From Polymyxa betae A26-41 (Eukaryota > Protista > Endomyxa: Phytomyxea): a stretch of 64,000 nucleotides of DNA. Of this stretch, positions 16,686-27,382 are shown in pieces; position 1 is the stretch's first letter, and each line of letters begins with the position of its first letter. The stretch spans positions 115,485 through 179,484 of the forward strand of contig RBZT01000684.1 of the NCBI GenBank assembly GCA_003693705.1, written 5' to 3'. The notes below the pieces were generated by a model that was given only the letters and a program-made list of their open reading frames with translations, had not been told where the DNA came from and did no database searches. The position numbers and the translations under genes are program-made.

Positions 16686-18458
16686 TTAATCGTCATTTTC
16701 AAACATCGGCAGTCGACCGGCAGCTTCGGTGTCGAATACCGGTTCGTTTTCGTTTACCCATTTGTCATTCTCCCAGCGCTGCTTGCACCTTGATTGAAAT
16801 ATGCCTTTCGACATCTGCTCGATTCCGGCAAAAGCCAAGTATTCCTTGAGCGGTCGCTCCTAACACTCTGTGTCAGTTATCGTTATCACTGTCTTTTGCC
16901 TGCTGTTTTACCGTTCCCATTCCAAGGTGTTCGATTTCTGATCTGTCAAAGTCTAAATCATTTTCGACTGGAGTCTGTAGCAGAAATCGAGCCCGAGCTT
17001 CAGATTGCTTCCCGATTGGGCCCCAGGTTGGCGTTTCTGCCTGTTTTGGTTTAGGATGCACATCAATTTGATAGTTTGATTTCTTTACATGTACGTTCTT
17101 GACTCGGGGCGAATAGTTGTGAGCTACTATGTTGACAATGGGAGTATATAAATCCCATCCCGAGGTCCAAAGCCTGGCAGCTATGAGAACTTCCTCTCCG
17201 TGAAAGATGTATCTGTAGAACAGCTCTCGAACGGAATATCAATAGCTACCAACATTCCTTACGGTAGATATCGATCAAACGGAGTATCGTAGAGAAAGTT
17301 ACTTCGAGCTGCGAAGAACCCGCCTCCCATGAATGGGCTCAAACAGGTAGTTCTGGTCCCGTCTGACTTCAAAGCTATTCCTGGTGATTTGTTGGGCTCA
17401 CGGCAGACATCTATCAACACATTCAGATCAGACTATGACAGCAAATTCAACCGAAACACCTTGGCCTTGCACAAATAGTCCTGCGGGTGCCTATTCTTCA
17501 TTTAGGTTTGCAAAGCGGGTTGGGCATAAATTTACCTGATCGTGGAGTTTCGCCTCGCAAACCCAGGTCACACCGGGCTGACCCAATTCTGCCTCGGTTC
17601 CAGGTGGGTAATGGGTGATGGCGCTTCTCATCGGGTCGGGTAATGCATTCAGGTTATCGAATAGCAATGTGTCCCAGTGATGGGCGAACCACGAATGGGC
17701 ATCGATCTGCATATAAGCCTCCTCACCGTTCCAAAGCTTCGAGGCGATATAGCGAGCATGGGTCGGACCTTGAGCTCGGCTGGACGGCATCCGGATGAGG
17801 CGAACTCGGGAGCGTTCTGAGGGATGTAGCAGGGCTTCGCAAGGGACGTCATCGCTGGATTCGTCGAGTTTGGTTTGATCGACGACTCCGACGAATACGC
17901 GTTCTGGCTAAGAACAGATCAGCATTACGTTGATGGATTTGGTCACATTTCTGAATGACTGACATGTTCGGCCCGATCGAACAATTGCCTTAATGCCAGC
18001 TGGCACTTGATGTCGCGAAAGCTTGCGATTGAGACGAAGATGGTGCCTGTTTTGGAATAATCCAGCTGCCATTTGATTCGATCTCTGTATTCTGGCACAC
18101 TAAACCTGTTCAGCAGATTGAACGCTGTATTAAAACGTTCAGAAATACCTTTCGTTGAAGAATGGGGCATTCAAATCCGAGTAGATCATTCTGTACGATT
18201 TGGTCAGAATATGGAATCAAGATCATCGTCGGTAATTTACTCATTTAAAGATGCCACGTAATTGTTCCGGATTTTGGTTTTACGTTCGACATCTTTCACG
18301 AGGATGAAGATAACGGCCACAAAGACGAGCATGGCGAGTACAAGGCTGATGATCATTGGAACCGGGGACCGCCGCGACAACCGAGTGATGGCTTTGGCGA
18401 ACCAGGATTTCTCCTCCGCCTCCTCATGACTAGACGTTAGAAGCGGTCGCCTCAACAT
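16686..18458 (-). CDS. GT60-family (Gnt1/GlcNAc-type) glycosyltransferase, type II membrane protein
   Basis: N-terminal TM anchor; TIFVSIASFRD, GPTHARY, YMQIDAH, PFMGGGFFAA, FHGEEVL motifs. Confidence 0.85.
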
Positions 18459-19760
18459 CGTTTATGAAATATCTGTTGTCGGCAATGATAAATGGCTGGC
18501 CGGTTGCCAGCAAATACATGCAGGCACACGCCCAACATTATCAAAGGTTCCGGATTCTTCTGTGCTTGAGTGATAGCGATCTCATTAGTGTAAAGCTGAT
18601 CAAATGACCACAGCTTGAAGATTGGCATTAAATGCCACTCGAGTTAAGACTGGCAGCGACAACAGACCTTCCAACAGGACCGATTTTTATCCTCCAGCAA
18701 TCGAGCAAGCAAAAGAAAACAAAAGTAATGTTACGAGTTTTGCCCAGAATGGCGGTTTCCGTCTTTTGTCGTCATTAACGGTGAGATCGGTACCGATTCT
18801 AAGCCTCTGTTGGCGTATTGACCATGACTTCGTCAGGTGCTTTGCATGCCTAGGTCTGCAGGTAACGCCGCAAGAACTTGATCCTAAAATGACAACTCTT
18901 CAGACAAGGGCGTTTTGAATTTCCGCCTTAATACTAAAAGAAAAAAAAACAAAACCGATTCTGATACTCGAGGAAATTGTGCTATTTCAATGTCTATGAA
19001 CATTTCATCTGCAGGCGACAACAGCAAATGATTTCCTGACAAGAGAGTTATGCTGACTATCACGATCATATGCTGATTAGATGCCGAAAGGCAGCGACGT
19101 TGATCTCAAAGCCAGATCGGAAGTCGTCAAGATATTTGGATCCTGAAGTCCATACATCCATGAATATGTAAATTTAATGGTCTGGACAGTAGTCAACATG
19201 CAATTGATGGCGCCGATTCAGAGTTTTGGAATTTTGGCTCGAACGTTGTTTCTTCTCGGCGCCGTCAAAATTCTCATGCTGTAGCAGTCAAAACATCGAC
19301 AGCAACGGCTGAACGGCTACATCATGCTCTTACTGGGATCTAGCTCATGTTAGTGTGTTTGGAAGTCGCTGTCTGACTAGTTCCAGACGCTCCCGTTCCA
19401 CAAAAACGCTTCATATTTGATTGTTTAAACAGCCTCAGTTTATTCTCAGTGAATTCGTGTGGTTCGTCGTTGTACTCACAATCGTGATGTCAGTACGTAC
19501 AAAATTTCCCGGTTCTCAAAACTGGCAATGACAATCAGTAAATCAAATACATGAGCACATTTGTGTATATGTCGAAATCAAGCTCAGCCTAAATCCAGTT
19601 GAAACTTCTGCTGTACCAATCACAAATGAAATACTTTCGTGCAAAGGCAAGCAAGGATGCTTTCCATGCTGTAAGACAAACTGAATTGTTTTCATCTATC
19701 TCAGAAATCAGCTTGATCTCACAAGAGCATCATATATTAGCAAAGCGTATTAGCCCTGAA

Positions 19761-19895
19761 TTGCATTCTATTAAGCCACAGCCTCAAGCGACAACCTGGG
19801 TGGATTCAGTTTCAGCGTCTGGTTTCTCGAGAGCCGCTTCGCCTTGAACCCTTCAGCGACACCGTCCTCAGCTTTTCGCTTTTCGGCGCATTCGG
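19761..19895 (-). pseudogene. Inverted, internally deleted remnant of the 3' end of the acidic-protein gene at 831-1238
   Basis: Reverse complement contains CGAAAAGCGAAAAGCTGAGGACG and CCACCCAGGTTG...GCTTGAGG...AATGCAA, matching 1078-1262. Confidence 0.85.
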
Positions 19896-19925
19896 ATGCC
19901 ATTCAAAACATCAAATAAGGGAATG

Positions 19926-20040
19926 GGCGACCCCAGCACCCCAACATGGCATCAATCATCATTCAAGAGTGCAAACTGGGCGACCCCAACACTCCAACAT
20001 TGCATCAATCATCATTCAAGTGTGCAACTGGGTGGCCCCA
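19926..20040. repeat. ~53-bp imperfect tandem repeat (about 2.2 copies)
   Basis: GGCGACCCCA(G/A)CAC(C/T)CCAACAT(G/T)GCATCAATCATCATTCAAG(A/T)GTGCAA(A)CTG repeated. Confidence 0.85.
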
Positions 20041-20088
20041 TCACACCATCACTGAAATTGCGTATCTCTCTCATTCTACATCATATCG

Positions 20089-22558
20089 ATGCAGAATGAT
20101 GAGCTACGAGATGTCTATCCGCCACGATTTCGTCGCGGCACGATTCAGGGCTGGGTCGTCCATGCTGGCGATCGAGTTCGTGCCGGTCAGGTTTGTGCCC
20201 GGTTCGATCGTCTGCCAACTTCTTTATCGTCGCTTGGTAGGTAATCGGCAAGATATCCTCGGCTCAGGACGTCGTTTATGATTTAGTCTCTCCCTATGAA
20301 GGGACGTTAAAAGAATTAAAATTGAATGTCGGTGATGATGTCCAACCTGAGTAAGGCTCTCCTTTTCGTCGGGCCGGCTCTTGCTGAAGTTGACAACAGC
20401 GTGTCAGTCGCGATCGTTTCGGTCTGCCGACATTTATCGGATTATAGAGGCCTTTGTACTGCTTGTGGTGCAGACGTCACCGTGTAGGGACATCACTGTT
20501 GCTAACTTTCTCCAAAGTAGAATGGGTTGCAAATGACCATGCTTTATTGGACTTTTAATCTCGAAACGTTTCTCAAAATAGTTTCTTTAGTGTTTACTCT
20601 GCATTTTCCTGTATACTTGAATACTCAGCTAATTTTATATGCTTTTCAAACGAAAGTGGCTTCCTTTTGATCACTGCAGAAAATTCGTTTCTTTTGAGAC
20701 GGTGTGTATTACTGTCATCTCATTGTCAAAAGCCCTATTGCAGTGCAACGGTCCATTCTATAATCCGCATAAAAATCACAATATCTTGATAGAAAATCTG
20801 CTCAATATAAGTTTCGTCGGGATTATTAAATTCAAACGCCACTCCTATCTGTTTGACGATTTCTGCATTGCGCTGAATGTCTTGTTTTACTGGTACTGAG
20901 TCCTTTTGTGTTCAGGTCGAGGTCGAATGGCGGTGCTCCACGGGCAACAATGAAAGTGTTCGGGAAGCAGTCCCTGAACGTCACGAAAGAAGGTGGCGAA
21001 TGCATTCTAGCTAGTCATTTCCGTATTCTGATTGTTTTGTGTCATGCTTCCAGGGCTGGCGCTAATTAAGCAGAAGTTGGCTAGTGATCTGCGTCGCAAA
21101 CAAAAATTGCTTCTGGTTCTTGACCTCGACCATACCGTCGTACACGCCTCTGTTGATCCGAGGTTAGCTTGTCCTATGTGGTCATCCTGCCGTTTCATGT
21201 TTAATCGAATTTTATTTGCATCTTGGAATCCATTACGTAGACATTGACTTTGTTTCTTCCTGCATGTTTGGCACACTGATAATCTAACCAGAGCGAAAGC
21301 GTGCGTAGACAATGTGACGGGGATTGAGTTTGAGCTCAACAACCGAACTCATTACGTGAAGCTTCGGCCTGGCGTTCATTCTTTCTTAGAATGCCTAAAC
21401 CCTTTCTTTGATATTCAGATTTTCACCTGGGGCACTCGTCAATATGCTGAGATGATCGTCAGCGCTCTAGATCCCGATGGCCAAAGTACTTTTTTGAAAC
21501 GTTTTTCTACCCGATAGTGAGCTCCTGTAGTTATCAAAGGACGAATAACGGCACGAGATGATATCGATGAGGCAGCTGCTATGCACAACAAAGTGCCACC
21601 GCAAAAGCAGCTAGAGCGTCTGCTGCCTGTCTGTGAATCGATGGCGCTCATACTGGACGACAGTGCATGTGTCTGGCGCGATCTGCTTCCAAACCTGATC
21701 GAGATTCGCAAATTTATTTTCTTTCCGGTCAGGTCGGAATACGCTCATGGGCATGCGCAAGCTTCGCCTGCATCCGTGTTCCTTGACGACGGATTCGATC
21801 AACAAACTCTGAAAAACAACGAGCGCGATAATGTCCTTCCAAGTATTCAAAAGCTGTTGGTCCGGCTTCATCGCGAATACTATTCCTCCTCGGCAACATC
21901 CGACGTTCGGGATCTGCTGCGAGTTGCCAGGGGCAGTATTCTGAAAGGGTAGCCTTTTTTGCTTTGGTCGAATCATGCTGATGATGGGTTGGGCAGTCTG
22001 GAAATTGTGTTTACGGGTGTGGTCCCATTGGGCACCGATTTAATGTCGTCGAAGGAAGCGCGACTCGCCCGCGACATCGGCGCCGTTATTGGTGTTGTTC
22101 TGAGGCCGACGACGACTCACCTGATCGGTGTTTCACGTCAAAAAACCACCAAGTTAAAGGAGGCAGAATCCATGCTGAACAGTGATCAATGTCGCCTTCG
22201 CCATATCGTGCATTTAGGTTGGGTTTTGATCTGGAAATCAGCGTTGTTAAATCTGCTTCCAGATTGGTTGATGGCCTGCGCCGCACATTTCGTTCGAGTT
22301 CATGAAAGTGATTTTGAATTGCATTCATACTCGGCTGGCGATGCATCGCGAGTTAGTTTTTTGGAAGTGAGTAAAATCAGCGAGGAATCGATGAACTCTT
22401 GTGATTCGGAATCAACGTCATGCGAAAACCCCGGCCTGCTGTCAAGGAAGCGAACGAGGCAGGAGGAATCTCCATCCAACAACGGCCCGGAGTCAGAGGA
22501 TTACCACGAAAGCGACTTCGAGAGAGATTTTGAAGCTTTTATGTCTCAACCACAATAA
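20089..22558 (+). CDS. FCP1: RNA polymerase II CTD phosphatase FCP1
   Basis: N-terminal lipoyl-like fold (WVVHAGDRVRAGQ...SPYEG), CRH...GLCTACG Zn motif, HAD motif DLDHT, KLRPG, ILDD, BRCT domain (IVFTGVVP...TTHLI...W). Confidence 0.9.
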
Positions 22559-23286
22559 CTCCCTATTCCCTAGAGTAATACTCAGATCAGATGTTTCTCT
22601 ACTCGGTTCATTCTACTAAATCCATCCATCCCATATTTATAACTGTTATTCACTCCTTATTGCAACCCCATTATGACGTCTCAAACTATACAGAATCATA
22701 TAGCGACATCGTTTTTGTTAAAATTAAATGATAAGTGTCATAGTGCTTTGAGATTTTTGGTCGCAGAGTGCAATCGTTACTAATATAACTACTCCTATTA
22801 AATATTGATAAGTGGGCAATTTTGGCACAAATTTTGATTTTGTCCATATCAGATCCAACATTGCGAAGCCAAGCGCTCTTGGGCCGGCTTAGTACTAGTA
22901 TGGGGAACCAGATCGAGAACTGTATGGGGAATAATCTTTTTGGCCACTTCATGATCTATAATTTTTCCAAGAATGCGAGCAGATCCATGTCCCAGACTAG
23001 GTATGCGTATAATCCAGCTCTCAAAGATCTTTACAGCTGTTCATCGTGAGAATGAAGAGTAGCATAAGTGCACCATCAGTATATCAGCCGAAGAAGGCAC
23101 AATAATGTGCCAGCATCAATTGCAACTCTTCTCGCAAATCGGCGACACAAGCCGAACGGAATTTGAATGAGAGTGGTGGACGTCACCCATTCCGATACTC
23201 ATCATCCGTATGAAGAGTCATAGAGGAATACGAGCCGGAGGGAAGATAAGAGGATGCTCTAGCAAAGAAGCCATTCTCGAAAGTTC

Positions 23287-23496
23287 ATGTCGAACGTGAC
23301 GTTGCTGCTGTTGGTGATGATGCAGGTCGTTCTTGGCGCCCTGCACGTATCTCATTGGGATTACCTTCCATCACATCACGACTACTTCGATCATGGTCAT
23401 CATGAAGACGACTGGGACGAAGAGGAAGCAGAATTCAATGGCCATGGCCACCATGGATACTGGGGCGACGATCATTGGGGCGACGAACATTGGTGA
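23287..23496 (+). CDS. Small secreted His/Asp/Trp-rich peptide
   Basis: Signal-peptide-like LLLLVMMQVVLGA followed by a low-complexity H/D/W/G mature region; AATAAA downstream. Confidence 0.65.
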   Translation: MSNVTLLLLVMMQVVLGALHVSHWDYLPSHHDYFDHGHHEDDWDEEEAEFNGHGHHGYWGDDHWGDEHW

Positions 23497-23627
23497 ATCA
23501 ACAAGAAATGTCTTCACAAGCATTTAAACTGTCAACGCTGAATAAACGTTCAGATTTACATTCAGATTGCATATATTATATATTTTGTGGATAGATAAAT
23601 TTAGTGTTTTAGGGTTTGGTTGAAAGC

Positions 23628-23946
23628 TCAGCGCCGCTTAGCCAGTTTACGTTGAATCTGGAAAGGAAATCGAGTCAGATTAGAATGAGATATATAAAAG
23701 GCGTCGAACTTTTTCGAATAGGGCATCGTCGGCTTCCTTTTGCAAGGCGGCGTTCTGCTGCTGAACGATGCGGAGATTGTCTTGAAGACGGTTCTGAGCG
23801 GCATCGTCGCGCTCCTGCTTCAGAAGACGGCGTCCGAGTCCGGCAGCATCCCGACGTCGGATCAGACGCCCACTGTGCGACTGCCCATCATCTTTCAGAC
23901 GCCGATTTAGGCGCTTAAGCTGTCGCTGTACCAGTGCCGAGGACAT
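23628..23946 (-). CDS. Small basic protein, possibly AROS/RPS19BP1-like
   Basis: MSSALVQRQL... and RLQDNLRIV resemble AROS from memory; one intron before the terminal IQRKLAKRR. Confidence 0.4.
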
Positions 23947-24169
23947 TGTCCAATTGGTCCTGCCCCGGACTTCGAACAATCCGCATCGTCGTGACTTTTT
24001 ATGAAAAATTAAGAAAAAAATTGTGAACTTTTTTGTTAATTTTTGGCATACTTTTTGAAGCCCAGGCGAGGTTTTGATTCTTTCGAATTGCTTTTTGTTT
24101 AAGATTCTCGAGCGCTATTAGATTATTTCAGCATCATCGCGGCGCCCGGTTCGGACGTTCTTTGGCCCT

Positions 24170-25128
24170 TTAATCAGCTGTCTCCGAATCGGCGTGCAAG
24201 ACGATATACTGCCGGGAGCTCTGCCCGAACTTCAAGCAATCTTTCTCGAGAAGCTCATAAAACCTGGCCGACTCGATTCGTTCATCGTTCAAAAAGGTGC
24301 CATTTGTGCTACCGAGATCGATAACATACGGGCAGACACGTTGGGTCAGGTCGCCGACCACATTTCGTGTCGTCTTCTTCCTGAACTGAATTGCAGCGTG
24401 CTGCTTCGAGCAGGACGGGTGCTCGACAGGGATATCGGCGACGTGACGTTCACGTCCGAGACGATAGCACGATTTTCGATGCAGATGCAAGGTGTCAACG
24501 ACGGCGCCGTCCTTGAACACGTAGAGACGCCAGAAGCGATCGGAGAGAGCGGCGTCGTGAGGTTCATGATACCTTTCAATGAATTATTGAGGTCGTTATA
24601 TGTCCTGATAATAACGTCTGCTTACTGAAGACGAACACCGCCATTTAGCTCGTGTCCATCACTATCTATAACATCTAGAAGGCCGGTCTGGTTTAGATTG
24701 AATTTCTCTTTCACAATATTCTTCTCCTCTTCTTCTTCTCTGCAGAACGTTTCAGCAAAACCGTAACATACTGAAACAAGGTTGCTTCATTCTACAAATA
24801 AAAATAACAAAATCAAAAACTTATCGAACTTCTCTTTGATTTCTTTTTCTGCAGCCACAGCCCTACGTCCGAATCTATCATCGTATGAGGCTTTTGATGT
24901 ACGATGTGGCGGCGAACGACGTCGTTGTGGCGCGGGCGATCGCCGACGCCGAGAAGACGGCGAGGGGCGTCGTTGAGGTGATGGCGATTGACGAGGTCGA
25001 GGAGACGGCGACCGGCGTCGTCTTGGAGGTGAGGCACGACGTCGGGGAGGCGACGGTGAGTGTCGAGCTCGTGGTGAAGATGACCGCCTTAGTCGGCGGC
25101 CATACTGATCTCGAGGATCTGATGACAT
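24170..25128 (-). CDS. SNIP1: FHA-domain splicing factor SNIP1/DAWDLE/Pml1
   Basis: RS/SP-rich N-terminus; WRLYVFK, LGRERHVADIPVEHPSCSKQHAAIQFR, YVIDLGSTNGTFLN, FGQSSRQY. Confidence 0.93.
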
Positions 25129-25276
25129 GAAAATCTCGTTCTAGTGGAATCGCACTTCTCAGTCTGGCCAAACCCTAACCCTAGCTCTAAACCGAAACTA
25201 CCATTTGCAGTCGTCTTGAACTTAGCTTTTGATCAGTTTAATCAATGGAGAGAAACTTTACTGAAAGGTATTTATC

Positions 25277-25833
25277 TAATTCGCATTTGTAAGTGATGGA
25301 ATGTCTGCGAATTCCAGTTCTTGTCCAGTGGCTTTAGCAATCGCCCAGAGCCAGTACGACGGTTTGCGTATTGACCAAGGGACGGCATTGAAACTGAGTA
25401 TCGGCTGGTATCGAATTGAAATAGCTATCCACGACTACCCGGACCTGTAAATACGATCACGATGACCATCATCTCAACGATCAGGCAGTAAGACCGTACC
25501 TTCTTGTCACTATCATTGACAATAGCAAGAGGACTGACAGCTCCAGCTGTCACGCCCAGCATCGACGTCATTTTATCTGCCGAGGCTAAGCTCAGATTCT
25601 GCAGGCCGGGGGTCTTGGAGAGCGCTTTCAGATCAACACGTTTATCTTCTGGTACAACGACAATGAGATAGTTCTTGGCTTTTTTTATCCTTTAAGAACA
25701 TATTCTTGTTATTGATTCCAGGCAGATCAGGGGCAGATCGATCGATATCATCAACTGTGAATAATTGAGGGTGATCGAATAACTGGTAACTAATCGATAG
25801 ACTCGATAACAGTTCAAGAACCGGGTTCGACAT
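25277..25833 (-). pseudogene. ProX/PrdX (YbaK family) aminoacyl-tRNA deacylase, frameshifted
   Basis: HPQLFTV, KNMFLKD, GVTAGAVSP motifs; +1 frameshift in an A7 run (25680-25686), second frameshift near 25340, conserved HP reads RP. Confidence 0.75.
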
Positions 25834-27382
25834 TGACCAACAGAACGAAGGTCAGATTCGTCAACCGTACTGGTACCCGCACTGTTACCGTAGCGAACAG
25901 CTTCTACCGTTGCGGACTTTTTAAAAGGGCGTTTCAAGGCGTGTGACTAAACAGAGCGCTCCGGGGGCAGCCCCTAAAAAAAGCCCCCAAAAAATTACTC
26001 CTACTGTACCAGACAGGCCTCCTGTTTAGTCATTCGCGATTTCGCATGTTTCAAGTAGACAAGTAGTTTCACGCAATTTATTAATTGCGACTCCAGCCAA
26101 TCAGATTGCGCCCCCGATCATTTGAGATGGACAGTTCACGCAATCAACCAATTGACCTCCGTGACCTCATTAATCACTACTACAGCTGTATCTAAGCTAT
26201 TTCTGTCTTGATGGCGGCTACAGCTGCAGCCCTATCGACACGATTTGCTGCTAATGTATTGCGGTCGCTGTAAGCGAATGTGGGAAGGATGGCGATCGTG
26301 GAGAGCGCCAATATCGTGTTTAATCCAGCAACAGATTTTGGATTGATGGCGGCAGCAGTCCTTGATCTGCCATTATCTTCAGAATTCACAGCGAAAACTA
26401 CCGGTAGGCAGGATACCTGCAATTTGCGGAAACCCGTAAATCTACAACTACCAACGCGCAATTTTAGAAAATCTCGCGTCAAAACATGGTTCATTGAATC
26501 ATTTACGAATCTCAAAACCGAAACCAACACTTTTTAAGAAAATGCGCGTCTGTATTCGACATTTTTCGCGGACGCAATATGATGGTTTGCATCAAAGCAT
26601 CCGATTTTGCTATCAACCTTAAAGTGCTAAAATTCGGTCACATATATTATTATTTGAAGTTGGCTTCATATTTTGGAAGTACTCGACGAGATCTGTCGAT
26701 TTTTGAAGAGCTCTGGTCTTGTGAGGTCCTCCAGAAAATCCCTTATGGGTTGGTATTTTGTCCCATACAAGGATTGTAGATTTGAGATGTCCGCCACTGT
26801 ACTCTCAGGAATTGGACTCCAAGACTGACAGCATTTATTGGCACATTCTGCGCAACAAGCAAAAGCGACGCGAAAATGTTCGCCTCGCTGAGACCCATCG
26901 AGTATGAAGGAATCGACCATGGTCCTGGGTGTTACTTATAATCTCTGGATGGGTTGCTATTGCAAAATTGTAGAGTTAAGCTGCCCGCCACGGTAGCATC
27001 GAAGCGGCTATTTCCGGATCATCGGTCTTAACGTTTAAGCTTCTGGCTTAAAGTTGGTAATGGACTAATGGGATCTTCACCGGGACTTTCCTGTCAGCCG
27101 CTAGACGATCAATGCAGCAATGATGTTAGGTTCGAGTTATTGGTTAGCTCATTAATCCGGACGATGTATGAGCGAATCTTCAGTTACCAGTAGCATTGCA
27201 GCTCTGCGATCCCTGCGTGCCAGCTACAGTACTGTACGCGCCTCTTTGCAAAATTTGCGATCATTTTTTCGTTACTGAAGCAGAGTGGCGCACAATTTGT
27301 TGCGAGCCAGAGCAGAAGGTCTCCCCTTTCTTGCTCTGATTCACTTTCTGTCTTTCTATATGGTCTGTTGGATTTGCATCAC

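Noticed and set aside
19926-20040. Repeat considered as a CRISPR array
   Set aside because: No unique spacers, only ~2 units, eukaryotic context, no cas genes
25944-26032. 11-bp inverted repeat TGACTAAACAG...CTGTTTAGTCA, a possible MITE
   Set aside because: No target-site duplication seen, and about one such match is expected by chance in 64 kb
26460-26880. Several ACGCG/TTTCGCG (MCB/E2F-like) motifs upstream of the kinesin
   Set aside because: Short motifs, 500-900 bp from the start, not distinguishable from chance
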